A stretch of 64,000 bases of DNA from an uncultured Deinococcaceae bacterium (lineage in GTDB: Bacteria; Deinococcota; Deinococci; Deinococcales; Deinococcaceae), in assembly GCA_964252075.1 (NCBI GenBank), contig CAXULY010000012.1, forward strand, positions 57,066 to 121,065, written 5' to 3'. Each line of letters begins with the position of its first letter. Within the stretch, counting starts at the first letter, position 1. The notes below the pieces were generated by a model. The model was given only the letters and a program-made list of their open reading frames with translations, was not told where the DNA came from and did no database searches. Shown in pieces: positions 51,413 through 61,944 of this stretch. The position numbers were made by a program, and so were the translations under genes.

Positions 51413-53188
51413 TCAGCGCAGGTTGAAGCGCAGGCCGAGCTGCACCCTGAAGCTGTTCGCGACCTTCGGCTGCACGCTCACGTCCACGCCCAGCCCGTAC
51501 CTGAAGCAGGCGTTCTGGCGCAGCAGGTCGGTGCCCAACCCAACGCGGCCCTCGTGGAAGTCGTAGAAGGCGCGCGGCAGGAGCGCGAAGGTGGGCGCGT
51601 CATACCGCGCGCTGGTGGTCAGGACGCTCTGGCTGAAGTCGTGCGCCCGCCAGTCGTACTGCATGGTGTAACTGGCGCCCGTGAAGTGCAGGCCCGGCGC
51701 GTCCGGGCCGGGCGCGCTGTACGTCACGCTGCCGGTCGTGAGGCGCGACGGGTCCGGCTGCAGGTCGGGCAGCGGACGGGCGCCCCACACCTGCCGCTCG
51801 AACTGCGTGACGTTCACGCTGAAGGCGCCTCCGCGCAGGCTGGCGCTGCCCTGCAGGGTCAGCGCGACCTGCGGGCCCACGCCGAAGAGGTACGCGTCGG
51901 CGTCCGCCAGCGCACCGACGCTCAGCGCCCCGAACGTCACGGCGCGGTCCGCGTGCACGCTCAGGTGCCCGTACGCGGCGCTCACCCCGAACTGGCGCCC
52001 TACCCCCAGGTCCGCGCGGTACCCCAGCGGGCCCAGCACCCCGCCGTACCCAGCGCGCGCGTCACTCACGCGGTCCGGCGCGCGCAGGGCCAGCGCGTAA
52101 CCCAGCCCGAGGGGGTTGCGGCTGGCGAGCACCGCCTCTGCCAGTGGCACGTCCACGGTGGTGTCGCCGGGGTCCTCGAACACCCCGAGGCGCAGGCGGC
52201 TGCCGCCCAGGTTCAGGCTCGCGCCCGCCTCCGTGTAACTCGGGTGGACCACGAAATTGAAGCGGGTGTCGTACGGATCGAGGAAGAACAGGTCGCGCAC
52301 GCCGTACCTGCCGTCCCCCACCAGCACGCTGGGGGGCGGGCCGGTCAGGCGCGCCGCGAAGGCGTTCACGCCCGGTTCGAGGCCCTGCACGGTCGCCGCG
52401 AGCGTCCCGCTGCCGGACGTGATGGGCAGCGCGAGGCTCCGCGTGCCGAACAGGTCGGTGCCCAGCACCCGCAACCGGGCGTCCTGGGCGATGGTGCCCG
52501 CAGGCGTGACGCGCACGGGGCCGGTCGCGAGTTGCAGTTCCGTCGCCTGCGGGTCGCGGCACAGGCCGATGACGCTCTGGGACGCCGTGATGCGCCCCGG
52601 CGCGAGCGTCAGGTCCTGGGCATCCAGTCGCCCCAGCGCCGCCCGCCGCGCCGTGAGGCGCCCGGAGGCGTACGTCGCGCCCTCCAGCGTGTACACGGAG
52701 GTCCCGTCCAGCGCGCGCAGGGTCGCGCGCCCGAGACCCAGCGCGCCGTCCGCCGTGAAGCTCGCGGCGTCCGCGTTCAGGTGGTAGCGCCCGGCGGGCA
52801 GCGGCAGGTCCCCGAGCGCGCCGTCCGGCAGGCTGAGGTCCACGCTCAGGCCCGCGAGGGCGAACCGGTCGCCCTGCAGGGCGGCGGATGAGGCGGTGCC
52901 GCCCAGCCCGGCGCCCGTGATGCTGAGGGACGCGGCGCGCACCGTGCCGCCCACCGCGCGCAGCTCCGGCGTGTCGAAACGCAGACCGCGCTGCACGAAG
53001 CACGCACCCGTCAGCACCACCTCATCCCCATCACTGTCGAGGGCGTCCGCGCTGACGCTCCCGACGCCCGGCTGGTCAATCTGGATGTCGCGGGTCAGGC
53101 AGGTAGGCGCGCCGTCCGGCGCCTGCTGGGCGCGGGCGGCGCTGGCGCCGAGGGCGATGAGGGCGGTGGCGAGGAGCAGGGTCCGCAT
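51413..53188 (-). CDS. Secreted/outer-membrane protein, LptD-like architecture
   Basis: Signal peptide; beta-rich N-terminal half and a barrel-like C-terminus with paired Cys (...RQNACFRYG...LGLRFNLR); TAGACT 7 nt before the ATG. Confidence 0.55.
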   Translation of the reverse strand: MRTLLLATALIALGASAARAQQAPDGAPTCLTRDIQIDQPGVGSVSADALDSDGDEVVLTGACFVQRGLRFDTPELRAVGGTVRAASLSITGAGLGGTASSAALQGDRFALAGLSVDLSLPDGALGDLPLPAGRYHLNADAASFTADGALGLGRATLRALDGTSVYTLEGATYASGRLTARRAALGRLDAQDLTLAPGRITASQSVIGLCRDPQATELQLATGPVRVTPAGTIAQDARLRVLGTDLFGTRSLALPITSGSGTLAATVQGLEPGVNAFAARLTGPPPSVLVGDGRYGVRDLFFLDPYDTRFNFVVHPSYTEAGASLNLGGSRLRLGVFEDPGDTTVDVPLAEAVLASRNPLGLGYALALRAPDRVSDARAGYGGVLGPLGYRADLGVGRQFGVSAAYGHLSVHADRAVTFGALSVGALADADAYLFGVGPQVALTLQGSASLRGGAFSVNVTQFERQVWGARPLPDLQPDPSRLTTGSVTYSAPGPDAPGLHFTGASYTMQYDWRAHDFSQSVLTTSARYDAPTFALLPRAFYDFHEGRVGLGTDLLRQNACFRYGLGVDVSVQPKVANSFRVQLGLRFNLR

Positions 53189-53215
53189 CGGGCCGAGTCT
53201 AGAGCGAACGGGCAA

Positions 53216-53252
53216 GGGCGGGCGCGACCTCCCGTGAAGGTCGCGCCCGCCC
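53216..53252 (-). terminator. 15-bp inverted repeat between the two envelope genes
   Basis: GGGCGGGCGCGACCT-7 nt-AGGTCGCGCCCGCCC. Confidence 0.6.
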
Positions 53253-53274
53253 GGCTGGCTTCACGCCCACCGCT

Positions 53275-53913
53275 CTACTTCAGGAAGTCCCGGAACACCG
53301 CAAGCTGCTCGGTGCTGGGCTTGGTGGTCACGCTCGGCTTGCCGTTGCGGTCCCAGCTGACGAACAGCGTGGCGTCCGCGCGGCTCCCCGCGAGGCTGGT
53401 GCCGCCGTAGTTGTAGCGGTAATTGCCGTACATCACGGCGCGGTTGTTCTTGTAATCCACCACGACGGTGTTGGCGCTCAGGGCGGGCTGGTCGCTGTGC
53501 ACGTTGCCGCGCGCCACGACGAGGCTGCCGCGCGTCTGGAAGGTCGCGCTGTCCGCCACAAGGCCCTTCAGGCGAGCGTCACTGTAGTTGATGTGTCCGG
53601 TCGCGGTGAGCACGCCGCTCTTCGCGCTGTAGTCGGCGCTGTCGGACGTCATGCGGCCCCCGTCCTTCGTGGTGAGGGTGGCGGTCCGGGCGCGCAGGAA
53701 GTCGCCGTCCTTGTACTCGATGTACTTGCCTTCCACCGTGATGCCGCTCTTGGCGTCGGTCGCGCTGCCGCCCTGCTCCAGCACGGTCGTGCCCGTCTGA
53801 ATGTTGAGCTTCTGGTTGCCGGTCGGTTTGATGCTGAAGCCCGCGAAGGCCGCCGCGGAAGCGGCGGCGCCCAGGGCCAGCACGGTCAGGGAAAAGGTCC
53901 GGAGTCCTCGCAT
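53275..53913 (-). CDS. Secreted beta-jellyroll (OstA/LptA-like) protein
   Basis: Signal peptide; repeated strand motifs (SDSADYS..SGVLTATGHI, ADSATF....VVARGNV, SANTVVVDY). Confidence 0.55.
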   Translation of the reverse strand: MRGLRTFSLTVLALGAAASAAAFAGFSIKPTGNQKLNIQTGTTVLEQGGSATDAKSGITVEGKYIEYKDGDFLRARTATLTTKDGGRMTSDSADYSAKSGVLTATGHINYSDARLKGLVADSATFQTRGSLVVARGNVHSDQPALSANTVVVDYKNNRAVMYGNYRYNYGGTSLAGSRADATLFVSWDRNGKPSVTTKPSTEQLAVFRDFLK

Positions 53914-54150
53914 GGGGTCACCCTAGCAAAGCGGCCCTGAAGAGCGTGAACGCGCCCATCAGGCTCACGTCATGACCAGTCGACGCGCGCCAGGACGCAT
54001 TTCAGCACCTTCCGGACCGGCCACTTCAAGCCTGGGTCCCAGGGTATGGGCAGGGTATGGGCCGGCGCGCCCTGAGGGTACGCTGGCACCCACTGGCGCG
54101 CATCCGATCAGCACGGGCTCAGGTGCAGGCCCTACACTGCGTGAAGTGTG

Positions 54151-55302
54151 ATGCGCGCGCGACCTTTCCTCTCCCTGACCTGCGCCGCCCTGCTCGGCGC
54201 CACGCTGCTCGACCACTCCGCCCTCGCCACCCCGCGCGTGGGCGCGCACGACGGGTACGCCCGCGTGGTCTTCGACCTCCCGGCGAGCACCACCTACTCC
54301 GTGCAGTCCAGGCCGGGCAGCGTGGACCTGCACGTCGCGGCGCGCCTCCCCAGTGAAGCCGGGAACCTCAGAACGCCGCAGGCCAGCGCGTACAGCGTGA
54401 GCGCCGAAGGCCGCGGCTCACGCATTCACTTCAGCGTCGCGCCGGGCGTGACGGCCAAGGTGACGCTGCTGCCCGCCGGAGGTGGGCAGCCCGTGCGGCT
54501 CGTGGCGGACCTGCAGGGCGCCGGCGCCGCGAAGGCCGCGTCACCCGCGCGCCCCAGCGGCCCCCCGGCCAGAACGGCCCCGCAGTCCGCCACCATCACG
54601 CCCGCCAGCACCCGCGCGCCCGTCCTCACGGTCGTGCTGGACCCCGGGCACGGCGGCGTGGATTCCGGCATGGTGAGCCCCTACGTGACCGAGAAGGTCG
54701 TCACGCTGGACGTCGGGCTCAAGGTGCGCCGGTACCTGCAGGCGCGCGGCGTGCACGTCATCATGACGCGCGCGAGCGACACGCAGATCAGCGTGGACAA
54801 GCGCACGGACCTGGAGGCCCGCTCGCGCCTCGCGACGGCGGACAAGGTGAACGCGTACATCTCCATTCACGTGAACGCCGGATCGAGCGCCGCGAGCGGC
54901 ATCGAGACGTACTACTTCGGGAAGCCGCTGGAGAGCCGCAACCGCACCCTCGCGGTGCGCGAGAACGGCGGCGGCGCCCTCGGTGAGCAGCTCACGAAAC
55001 AGGCGGCGGGTACCGCGCAGAACCTGCTGGGGGACCTGCTGTCCGCTACCAAGCTGACCTTCTCGCGGCAACTCGCGACCATGGTGCAGAGCCGCCTGCT
55101 GTCCGCGACGGGCGCCACGAACCGCGGCGTGCAGAGCGACATCTTCTACGTGATCCGCAACCCCACGACGCCCGCCATCCTCACGGAGATCGGCTTCGGC
55201 TCCAGTCCGTCGGAGGGCCGCAAGCTCGCCTCGGACGCCTACCGGGACCGCGTCGCGCACGCCATCGCGGACGCCATCGCGGACTTCCTGCACGCCAACT
55301 GA
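54151..55302 (+). CDS. N-acetylmuramoyl-L-alanine amidase (Amidase_3 with N-terminal AMIN-like domain)
   Basis: VVLDPGHGG.D, EK, MTR..D, ISIHVNA, GIETYY and PAILTEIGF motifs. Confidence 0.92.
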   Translation: MRARPFLSLTCAALLGATLLDHSALATPRVGAHDGYARVVFDLPASTTYSVQSRPGSVDLHVAARLPSEAGNLRTPQASAYSVSAEGRGSRIHFSVAPGVTAKVTLLPAGGGQPVRLVADLQGAGAAKAASPARPSGPPARTAPQSATITPASTRAPVLTVVLDPGHGGVDSGMVSPYVTEKVVTLDVGLKVRRYLQARGVHVIMTRASDTQISVDKRTDLEARSRLATADKVNAYISIHVNAGSSAASGIETYYFGKPLESRNRTLAVRENGGGALGEQLTKQAAGTAQNLLGDLLSATKLTFSRQLATMVQSRLLSATGATNRGVQSDIFYVIRNPTTPAILTEIGFGSSPSEGRKLASDAYRDRVAHAIADAIADFLHAN

Positions 55303-55339
55303 GAATCCCAGGGGCGCCGCCCGACGCCCCTGCTCTTCC

Positions 55340-55918
55340 CTAGCGCCGACCCTTGACGTGCCAGGCTTCCTCGTTCAGGCCCGCGCGGGTGTTCTCGGCG
55401 CGCGCCATGATGAACAGCAGGTCCGAGACGCGGTTCAGGTAGATCTGGCCCTGCAGGTTCACCGCTTCGGTCTCCGCGAGGCGCACGACGTCGCGCTCCG
55501 CGCGGCGCGCGATGGTGCGCGCGAGGTGCAGGGCCGCCGCGGTGGGGGTGCCGCCGGGGTGCACGAAGTTCGTGAAGGGCGGCGCGCCCTCCTGGTAGCG
55601 GTCGATGAGCGCTTCGAGGGCCGTCACGTCCTGCTCGTCGAGGCGGCTGATGTTCTTTGCGTAGGGGCTCTCCTCGCGCGTGGCGAGGTCCGCGCCGAGG
55701 TCGAAGAGGGCGTTTTGCAGGTACGCGAGGTCCGCGTCGAGGCGCGCGCTGGCGTCGTCCTGCGGCGCGGCGTGCAGGTGCGCGCGGGCGAGGCCGATGG
55801 CGCTGTTCAGTTCATCCACGGTGCCGTACGCTTCGACGCGCGCGCTGCCTTTGCTCACGCGGTCCGCGCCGTACAGGCCGGTCTGCCCGCGGTCGCCGGT
55901 CTTGGTGTAAAGCTTCAT
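55340..55918 (-). CDS. ATP:cob(I)alamin adenosyltransferase (PduO type)
   Basis: KLYTKTGD.GQTGL, AYGTVDELNS.IG, LFDLGADLA, ARTIARRAER and YLNR.SDLLF motifs. Confidence 0.93.
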   Translation of the reverse strand: MKLYTKTGDRGQTGLYGADRVSKGSARVEAYGTVDELNSAIGLARAHLHAAPQDDASARLDADLAYLQNALFDLGADLATREESPYAKNISRLDEQDVTALEALIDRYQEGAPPFTNFVHPGGTPTAAALHLARTIARRAERDVVRLAETEAVNLQGQIYLNRVSDLLFIMARAENTRAGLNEEAWHVKGRR

Positions 55919-55934
55919 ACCCCCAGCGTAACGG

Positions 55935-55971
55935 CTGGAGCGCCCCGGCACCGGGTGCCGGGGCGCTCCAG
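55935..55971 (-). terminator. Long hairpin after malQ
   Basis: CTGGAGCGCCCCGGCACC-G-GGTGCCGGGGCGCTCCAG. Confidence 0.65.
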
Positions 55972-55980
55972 TGCGCGTCT

Positions 55981-57489
55981 TTACAGGCGGTGCGTCGCTT
56001 CGGTGAGGGCGCGCAGGCGGTCCGCGAGGGCGTCCGTGAGCATCTCGGGGCGGTACCGCCACGTCCAGTTGCGGTCGCTGAGCGTGCCGGGGAGGTTCAT
56101 GCGGGCCTCGCTGCCGAGGTTCATGAGGTCCTGCAGCGGCACGACCGCGAGCCGCGCGCGGCTCTGGAAGGCCACTTCGGTGAGCGCCCACGCGAACTCG
56201 TCCTCGCGGGGGTCGCTGTGCGTGTACACGCGGTAGTTGTGGCGTTCCTGCTCGTCGGCCTTCTGCCACCAGCCGCGCGTGGTGTCGTTGTCGTGCGTGC
56301 CGGTGTACACCACGCGGTTCTCCTTGAGGTTGCCGGGCAGGAAGTCGTTCACGCTGAAGTCCCCGCCGCCGAACGCGAACTGCAGGACCGCCATGCCGGG
56401 CAGCCCGAAATCGTCCCGGAGGGCCTCCACGTCGGGCGTGATGAGGCCCAGGTCCTCCGCGATGATGTCGAAGCCGTCCGTGGCCTGCTGCAGCGCCTTG
56501 AAGAGCGCGTGGCCGGGCGCCTTCACCCAGCGGCCCCGCACGGCGTTCTCGGCGGGCCAGGGCACCTCCCAGTACCCCGCGAAGCCGCGGAAGTGGTCAA
56601 TGCGGACCACGTCGTAGAGCCGCATGACGCCGCGCATGCGTTCCACCCACCACGCGAAGCCCTCGCGCTTCATGACGTTCCAGCGGTACAGGGGGTTACC
56701 CCATAGCTGGCCCGTCTCGCTGAAGTAATCGGGCGGCACGCCCGCCACGACGGTCGGCTGGCCCGACTTGTCGAAGAAGAACTGCTCGGGGTGCGCCCAG
56801 GCGTCCGCGCTGTCCATCGCAACGAAGATGGGGATGTCCCCGATGACGCGCACGTTCCGTTCCTTCGCGTACGCGCGCGTCTCCGCCCACTGCTGGAAGA
56901 ACAGGTACTGCGTGAACGCCACGCGGCGGCACGCGCGCGTGAGGCGCTCGCGCGCCTCCTTCAGGGCGTCCGCCTCGCGGCGGCGCAGGGGAAGTGGCCA
57001 GGCGTTCCAGGGAAGGCCGCCCTGCTCATCCTTGATGGCGGTGAAGAGGGCGTAATCGTCCAGCCAGTGCGCCTCGCTGGTCGTGAAGTGCTCCACGTTC
57101 CGCGCGAGCGCCTCGCCACCCGCGCCCGCCTCGAAGTGCGCGAAGGCGCGGTCCAGCATCTGGTTGCGCCACACGTACTGCTGCCCGAAATCCACCCGAT
57201 CGGGGTTGAAGTCCGGTACGGTGGTGAAGTCCACGTCGCTCAGCAGGCCCTGTGCGCGCAGGGCGTCCAGGCTGATGAGGTACGGGTTGCCCGCAAAGGC
57301 GCTGAAGGACTGGTAGGGACTGTCGCCGTACCCGGTCGGTCCGAGCGGCATGACCTGCCAGTAATGCTGCCCGCCGCGCGCGAGCCAGTCAATGAAGTGG
57401 TGGGCGGCGTCCCCCAATTCACCGATGCCGTACGGGCCGGGGAAGCTGGTGGGGTGCGTGAGCACGCCGCTGGCGCGTTCAATCGTCAT
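55981..57489 (-). CDS. malQ: 4-alpha-glucanotransferase (amylomaltase, GH77)
   Basis: HPTS.PG.YGIG, GDSPY, GVPPDYFSETGQLWGNP, RIDHFRG, AEDLG, YTGTHDNDT and RMNLPG motifs. Confidence 0.96.
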   Translation of the reverse strand: MTIERASGVLTHPTSFPGPYGIGELGDAAHHFIDWLARGGQHYWQVMPLGPTGYGDSPYQSFSAFAGNPYLISLDALRAQGLLSDVDFTTVPDFNPDRVDFGQQYVWRNQMLDRAFAHFEAGAGGEALARNVEHFTTSEAHWLDDYALFTAIKDEQGGLPWNAWPLPLRRREADALKEARERLTRACRRVAFTQYLFFQQWAETRAYAKERNVRVIGDIPIFVAMDSADAWAHPEQFFFDKSGQPTVVAGVPPDYFSETGQLWGNPLYRWNVMKREGFAWWVERMRGVMRLYDVVRIDHFRGFAGYWEVPWPAENAVRGRWVKAPGHALFKALQQATDGFDIIAEDLGLITPDVEALRDDFGLPGMAVLQFAFGGGDFSVNDFLPGNLKENRVVYTGTHDNDTTRGWWQKADEQERHNYRVYTHSDPREDEFAWALTEVAFQSRARLAVVPLQDLMNLGSEARMNLPGTLSDRNWTWRYRPEMLTDALADRLRALTEATHRL

Positions 57490-57575
57490 GGGTTCTCCTT
57501 GTGGGGCCGTCCAGCATCACTGCCGCGCAGTGTACCGCGCGCCCCACCACCCCACGCCCCCGAATGGCGCGGCGC

Positions 57576-58466
57576 TCAGTACCCCTTGCTGGGGTCCACG
57601 CGCCCTTCGGGTTCCCGCCCGGCGGCGAGGTCCGTGAGGAACTGCCGCGTGTACGCCGCGCCGCGCTCGGGCAGGTCAGCAGTGCTGGACCCCACGTGCG
57701 GCGTGATCAACACGTTCTCCATGGCCCACAGCGGGTGCCCCTGGGGCAGCGGCTCGGGGTCCGTCACGTCCAGCACCGCGCCCGCCAGCTGCCCGCCCTG
57801 CAGCGCCGCGAGCAGCGCGTTCGTGTCCACGAGCGGACCGCGCCCGTCGTTCACGAGCCACGCGCCGCGCTTGAAGCGCGCGAGCGTGTCGGCGCTCACG
57901 ACCCCCCGCGTGGCGTCCGTGAGGGGCAGCAGCAGCACCACCACGTCCGCGCGCCCCAGCAGCGCGTCGCGCTCCGCGTCGGGGGTGCTGGAGCGAATGC
58001 CCGTGACGCGCGCCCCGAACGGCTTGAGGAGCCCCTCCAGGATGCGGCCGATGTGCCCGAAACCCCACACCACGACCTCGCGGCCCTCCAGCGTCCACAG
58101 GTCGTCCAGGCGACTCCAGTGGCCCTCGCGCTGCGCGTCCCGCGCGCGGTGGAAGCCGCGCGCGACCGTCAGGATGCTCGCCGCGACGTGCTCCGCGACC
58201 GCCGCGTCGTGCAGGCGGTGCGCGTTGTAGAAGCGCAGGCCCGGCGGGAGGTCCGGCAGCAGGCCGTCCACCCCGGCGGTCAGGGTGAGCGCCCACGTCA
58301 GGCCGGGGCGCTGCAGGAGCGCGCGCCTGGCGTCGCGCGGCATGGCCCAGATCACCGCGCCGTCCAACGGCCCCTCCACGGGCGCGGCGCGGTCGAAGTA
58401 GGTGAAGGTCACGCCGGGAACGTCCAGCGCTCGGAATTCGGGCAGATCAGGAAGCAGTACGCGCAT
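57576..58466 (-). CDS. D-2-hydroxyacid dehydrogenase family protein
   Basis: GFGHIG, LPLT..TRG, VN.GRG and LDVTDPEPLP..HPLW...ITPH motifs. Confidence 0.9.
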   Translation of the reverse strand: MRVLLPDLPEFRALDVPGVTFTYFDRAAPVEGPLDGAVIWAMPRDARRALLQRPGLTWALTLTAGVDGLLPDLPPGLRFYNAHRLHDAAVAEHVAASILTVARGFHRARDAQREGHWSRLDDLWTLEGREVVVWGFGHIGRILEGLLKPFGARVTGIRSSTPDAERDALLGRADVVVLLLPLTDATRGVVSADTLARFKRGAWLVNDGRGPLVDTNALLAALQGGQLAGAVLDVTDPEPLPQGHPLWAMENVLITPHVGSSTADLPERGAAYTRQFLTDLAAGREPEGRVDPSKGY

Positions 58467-58992
58467 CGGTCCATTCCTCTCTGGTGACTTCCATCAGCAC
58501 GTCGGTGTGGTCCCGCCGGTCCTCGCGCCCCACCTCGCGGAAGCCGGCGGCGGCGAAGGCCCGCTGCGCGCGGTGGTTGTGGGAGAAGGTGCGCAGCCGC
58601 ACGCGCGTGAGGGGCGGATCGCGGCGCGTGAAGCCCCACGCGAGCACCGCCTGCACTGCCTCCCGGCCGTACCCCTGACCCCACAGGTCCCGCTCGCCAA
58701 TCATGATGCCGAGCGTGGCGCTCGTGCCGCGCCGCTGCAGGTCGTACAGTTCCACGCTGCCGATCAGGCGCCCCTGCGCGTAAATGCCGAAGGTGTGCCG
58801 CTCGCCGCCACCCTCCTCCTCCAGCATGATGCGGCGGAACAACCACTCCGGCAGCCGGATGGGGCTTGCGCCGTTCCAGTCGGCGAGTTCGCGGTCCTTG
58901 AAGTAACTGTGCATGAGCCGCCACTCGCGCGGCGTGAGCGCCTCAATGGGTTTCAGGGTCACGCGGCCCCAGGCCGCGGTGGCGTCCGTCAT
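58447..58992 (-). CDS. GNAT acetyltransferase (RimJ/RimL type)
   Basis: LGIMIGE..LWGQGYGREA and N.RAQRAF...GF.EVG motifs. Confidence 0.85.
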   Translation of the reverse strand: MTDATAAWGRVTLKPIEALTPREWRLMHSYFKDRELADWNGASPIRLPEWLFRRIMLEEEGGGERHTFGIYAQGRLIGSVELYDLQRRGTSATLGIMIGERDLWGQGYGREAVQAVLAWGFTRRDPPLTRVRLRTFSHNHRAQRAFAAAGFREVGREDRRDHTDVLMEVTREEWTDARTAS

Positions 58993-59020
58993 GACGACGT
59001 CCAGTGTACCGCCGCGGCCC

Positions 59021-60577
59021 TCAAGCCGCGCCGCCCGGCACTTCCGGGTCCACGTACACGGTCTTCTGCTGCGTGTACAGCACCTTCCCGGCGGGCGAGC
59101 CGCGCGGGCGCCACACGTGCTTGATGCGCGTGTAATCCACCGCGACGTTCCCCGAGGAGCGCGCCTTGCTGTGCGCCGCCGCAAGCCGCGCCGCGAACAG
59201 GATGTCCGGCAGCGGCAGGTCCCGCCCGCCCGAACGCACCAGCACGTGCGAACCCTGGAAGCCCTGCACGTGAAACCAGAAATCCATGCTGCGGCCCAGG
59301 CGATGCGTGAGGGCGGCGTTCTCCTTGTTGTTGCGGCCCACCAGCACCTCATAGCCGCCGGGACTCGTGAAGCGCGCCCCGATGCCGGGCGCCGCGGCGG
59401 GCTTTTCAGACTCCAGTTCGGCGCTCAGCGCCTCCAGGTCCTCTAGGCTCGCACCCTCCAGGCCCCGCAGGCGCGCCTCCACCTCGGTGAGTTCCTCACG
59501 CAGGGCGGGTTCCCGTTCCGCGAGGCGCTCGTAGACCTCCTCACGGCGCCGGGCGCGGGCGTACCGCCGCTCGGCGTTCGCGACCGCCGTAAGCTGCGGG
59601 TCGAGCGCGATGGGGCGCTCCTCGCCGTCGAAGCCGGTCAGCACCACGTGGCTCGCGCCGGGCGTCACGTCCCGCGAGTACGCCATCAGGAGGTCCGCCT
59701 CCTGGCGCTGCACCGCCGCCTCATCCAGCCCGACCTCCGCACGCGTGAGGTCCCCCAGCTGGTTCGTGAGGAGCGTTCGGCGCTTCTCCAGCGGCCCGGT
59801 GAGGGCCTTGCGCAGCCCCGTCGCCTTCTCCGCGCGGGCCGCGGCGCGCGACTCCTCGTTCAGGCTGCCCGCCGTCACGGTCGGGTCGAGGATCAGGCCG
59901 CGCAGCGCCTCCAGCACCTGCGGCAAGCGATCGCCGGGCGCCTCATCCGCGCGCACGTGCGCGCGGCGCACCAGTTCCGCCGACAGGTTCAGGCCAATGC
60001 CGTCCAGCCGCTCCCGCCAGCGACCGAGCGGGAGCAGCGCCAGCTCCTGCGCCTGCTCGTCCGTCAGGGCGCGCGGGTCCAGCTTCTCGTACGGCGGGGG
60101 CGGCGTGTACAGACCACCCGTCCGCACCGTCCGGAAGCGGTTGCGCCCCGACGTGATCTCCCGCGCCGCCGCCACAATGCGCCCTGAGAAGTCCTCACCG
60201 TCCTCCAGCACCAGCAGGTTCCCGTTGCGCCCTGTCAGCTCGAACAGCAGGCGCAGGGGCGGCTGGTCCACGAAACCCCGCTCGCCCGAGAAGCGCAGCA
60301 GCGCCACGCGGTCCAGCTTCAACTGCTCCACCAGGGTCAACTCACCCCGCAGGCGGCTCGCGAGCAGGCGCTGGAAGGGACTGCCCGGCTCACCCGTGAG
60401 GCGCTCCCGACTCACGAAGAGCGCCGGGGTGGGCGGACGGTAACTGAACACCACGTTCCCCACGCCGTCCAGCAGCAGGGCCGCCGTCGTCTCATCCGGG
60501 AACGCCCAGCCGAGGGTGCGGGCGGGCACCGCCGCCTGCAACTCAGCGACCACCCGCGCGAGCGCCAGTCCTTCCAT
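59021..60577 (-). CDS. rqcH: Ribosome quality control protein RqcH/Rqc2 (NFACT family)
   Basis: MEG start; [12 protein letters not shown], coiled coil, [19 protein letters not shown] and VDYT..KHV motifs. Confidence 0.9.
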   Translation of the reverse strand: MEGLALARVVAELQAAVPARTLGWAFPDETTAALLLDGVGNVVFSYRPPTPALFVSRERLTGEPGSPFQRLLASRLRGELTLVEQLKLDRVALLRFSGERGFVDQPPLRLLFELTGRNGNLLVLEDGEDFSGRIVAAAREITSGRNRFRTVRTGGLYTPPPPYEKLDPRALTDEQAQELALLPLGRWRERLDGIGLNLSAELVRRAHVRADEAPGDRLPQVLEALRGLILDPTVTAGSLNEESRAAARAEKATGLRKALTGPLEKRRTLLTNQLGDLTRAEVGLDEAAVQRQEADLLMAYSRDVTPGASHVVLTGFDGEERPIALDPQLTAVANAERRYARARRREEVYERLAEREPALREELTEVEARLRGLEGASLEDLEALSAELESEKPAAAPGIGARFTSPGGYEVLVGRNNKENAALTHRLGRSMDFWFHVQGFQGSHVLVRSGGRDLPLPDILFAARLAAAHSKARSSGNVAVDYTRIKHVWRPRGSPAGKVLYTQQKTVYVDPEVPGGAA

Positions 60578-60581
60578 GCGC

Positions 60582-61508
60582 TTACTTCTCCCGCGCCAGA
60601 TTGATCAGGCGCAGGATGTCGTCCGCGTCGTACGGGTCGGGCACCAGGTACCCGTTCACGAACAGGGTCGGGGTGCCCGGAACGCCCACCCGCTCCCCCT
60701 CCCGCACACCCGCATCCACAGCCGCCCGACCCTGCCGGTCGTCCACGCCCGCCGCGACCTTCGCGAGGGCGCCGCGCGTGTCCGCCGTGCCAATCCAGGC
60801 CGCGCTTGCGAACAGCGCGTCATGGAACGCCTGGAACCTGCCCTGCTGCCCCGCGCACTCTGCGGCCTCCGCCGCCGGGCGCGCGTCCGGGTGAATCTGC
60901 TCCAGCGGGAAGTGATGGTACTCCAGCCGCACATCCGCAGGCAGGCGCGCCAGCAGCGACGGCAGCGTCTGCGCGCTGAACTGCCGGCAGTACGGGCACT
61001 GGAAGTCCGAGAACTCCCGCACCACCACTGGCGCTTTCGGGTCTCCGATCACGTGTGCGCCCGGATCGAAGCGGTTCTCCGGCACCTCACTCAGCGACAC
61101 CGTGAAGCTCAGGCGGCCACCCGCCTCCTTCACGAACAGCGCGAACTCCTCCACCGGCACACTCAGCCCCGCCGGGAGCTTCGACGCGTTCTGCTGCAGG
61201 TACTGCGCGAACGGCCCCGCGATCTCATCACCGAAGCCCGTCACCGCACCCAGCACCCGGCCCGCCTGCGCGACATCACTGCCAGGCAGCAGCACCGTCG
61301 CGCGAATCAGGTACGCGCCCCGCACCTCCAGGTGCAGGCGCGCGCCATCTGGCGACACGCGATCACCATTCGCGGCGGACTTCAAACCCAGGGGTGCCAG
61401 CGGACCCGAGAGCGTCGCGTCCAGCGGGTACCCCACCTGGGCCCCCGCGAACGAAGCACAGGACAACACGAGGGCCGTCAGCAGGCGACCCGGACGGAAA
61501 CGGTTCAT
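60582..61508 (-). CDS. DsbA-family thioredoxin-fold protein with N-terminal extension
   Basis: IGDPKAPV...[17 protein letters not shown] and [18 protein letters not shown] 7 nt before ATG 61508. Confidence 0.85.
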   Translation of the reverse strand: MNRFRPGRLLTALVLSCASFAGAQVGYPLDATLSGPLAPLGLKSAANGDRVSPDGARLHLEVRGAYLIRATVLLPGSDVAQAGRVLGAVTGFGDEIAGPFAQYLQQNASKLPAGLSVPVEEFALFVKEAGGRLSFTVSLSEVPENRFDPGAHVIGDPKAPVVVREFSDFQCPYCRQFSAQTLPSLLARLPADVRLEYHHFPLEQIHPDARPAAEAAECAGQQGRFQAFHDALFASAAWIGTADTRGALAKVAAGVDDRQGRAAVDAGVREGERVGVPGTPTLFVNGYLVPDPYDADDILRLINLAREK

Positions 61509-61587
61509 GGCTGGCATTCTAGGGTCTGATTCCCGCCCCTAAGCCAAACGGCGCGGGCTTCTGCCCGCGCCGATCACGTTGCATCAC

Positions 61588-61917
61588 TCACACCCGCACG
61601 AACTCATCCACGCCCAGCACGAACATCACCGCGCCACCAACCGGCACCTCAATGGGTTCGCTCACCAGGCCCTCGCCCTGCTCCCCCATCGGCACGCCCG
61701 GCGTCACCAGGCGCGTTCGCGAGCGCGCCGTCTGCCCCACCAGGCGCTTGAGGTCCGACAGGCGATCATCCTGCACGCCAATCATGAGGGTGGTGTTCCC
61801 CTCCCGCAGGAAGCCACCCGTGGAGGCCAACTTCGTCACCTCAAAAGCGTTCTCGGAGAGGGCGCGCATCAGGGACGCCGCATCGGCATCCTGAATGACA
61901 GCCAGGACCAGTTTCAT
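61588..61917 (-). CDS. darA: Cyclic-di-AMP receptor, PII-like (DarA/PstA)
   Basis: [27 protein letters not shown] and VGGA.MFV motifs. Confidence 0.92.
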   Translation of the reverse strand: MKLVLAVIQDADAASLMRALSENAFEVTKLASTGGFLREGNTTLMIGVQDDRLSDLKRLVGQTARSRTRLVTPGVPMGEQGEGLVSEPIEVPVGGAVMFVLGVDEFVRV

Positions 61918-61944
61918 GCGCCGATAGTAGCAGCTCAGCCTTCG

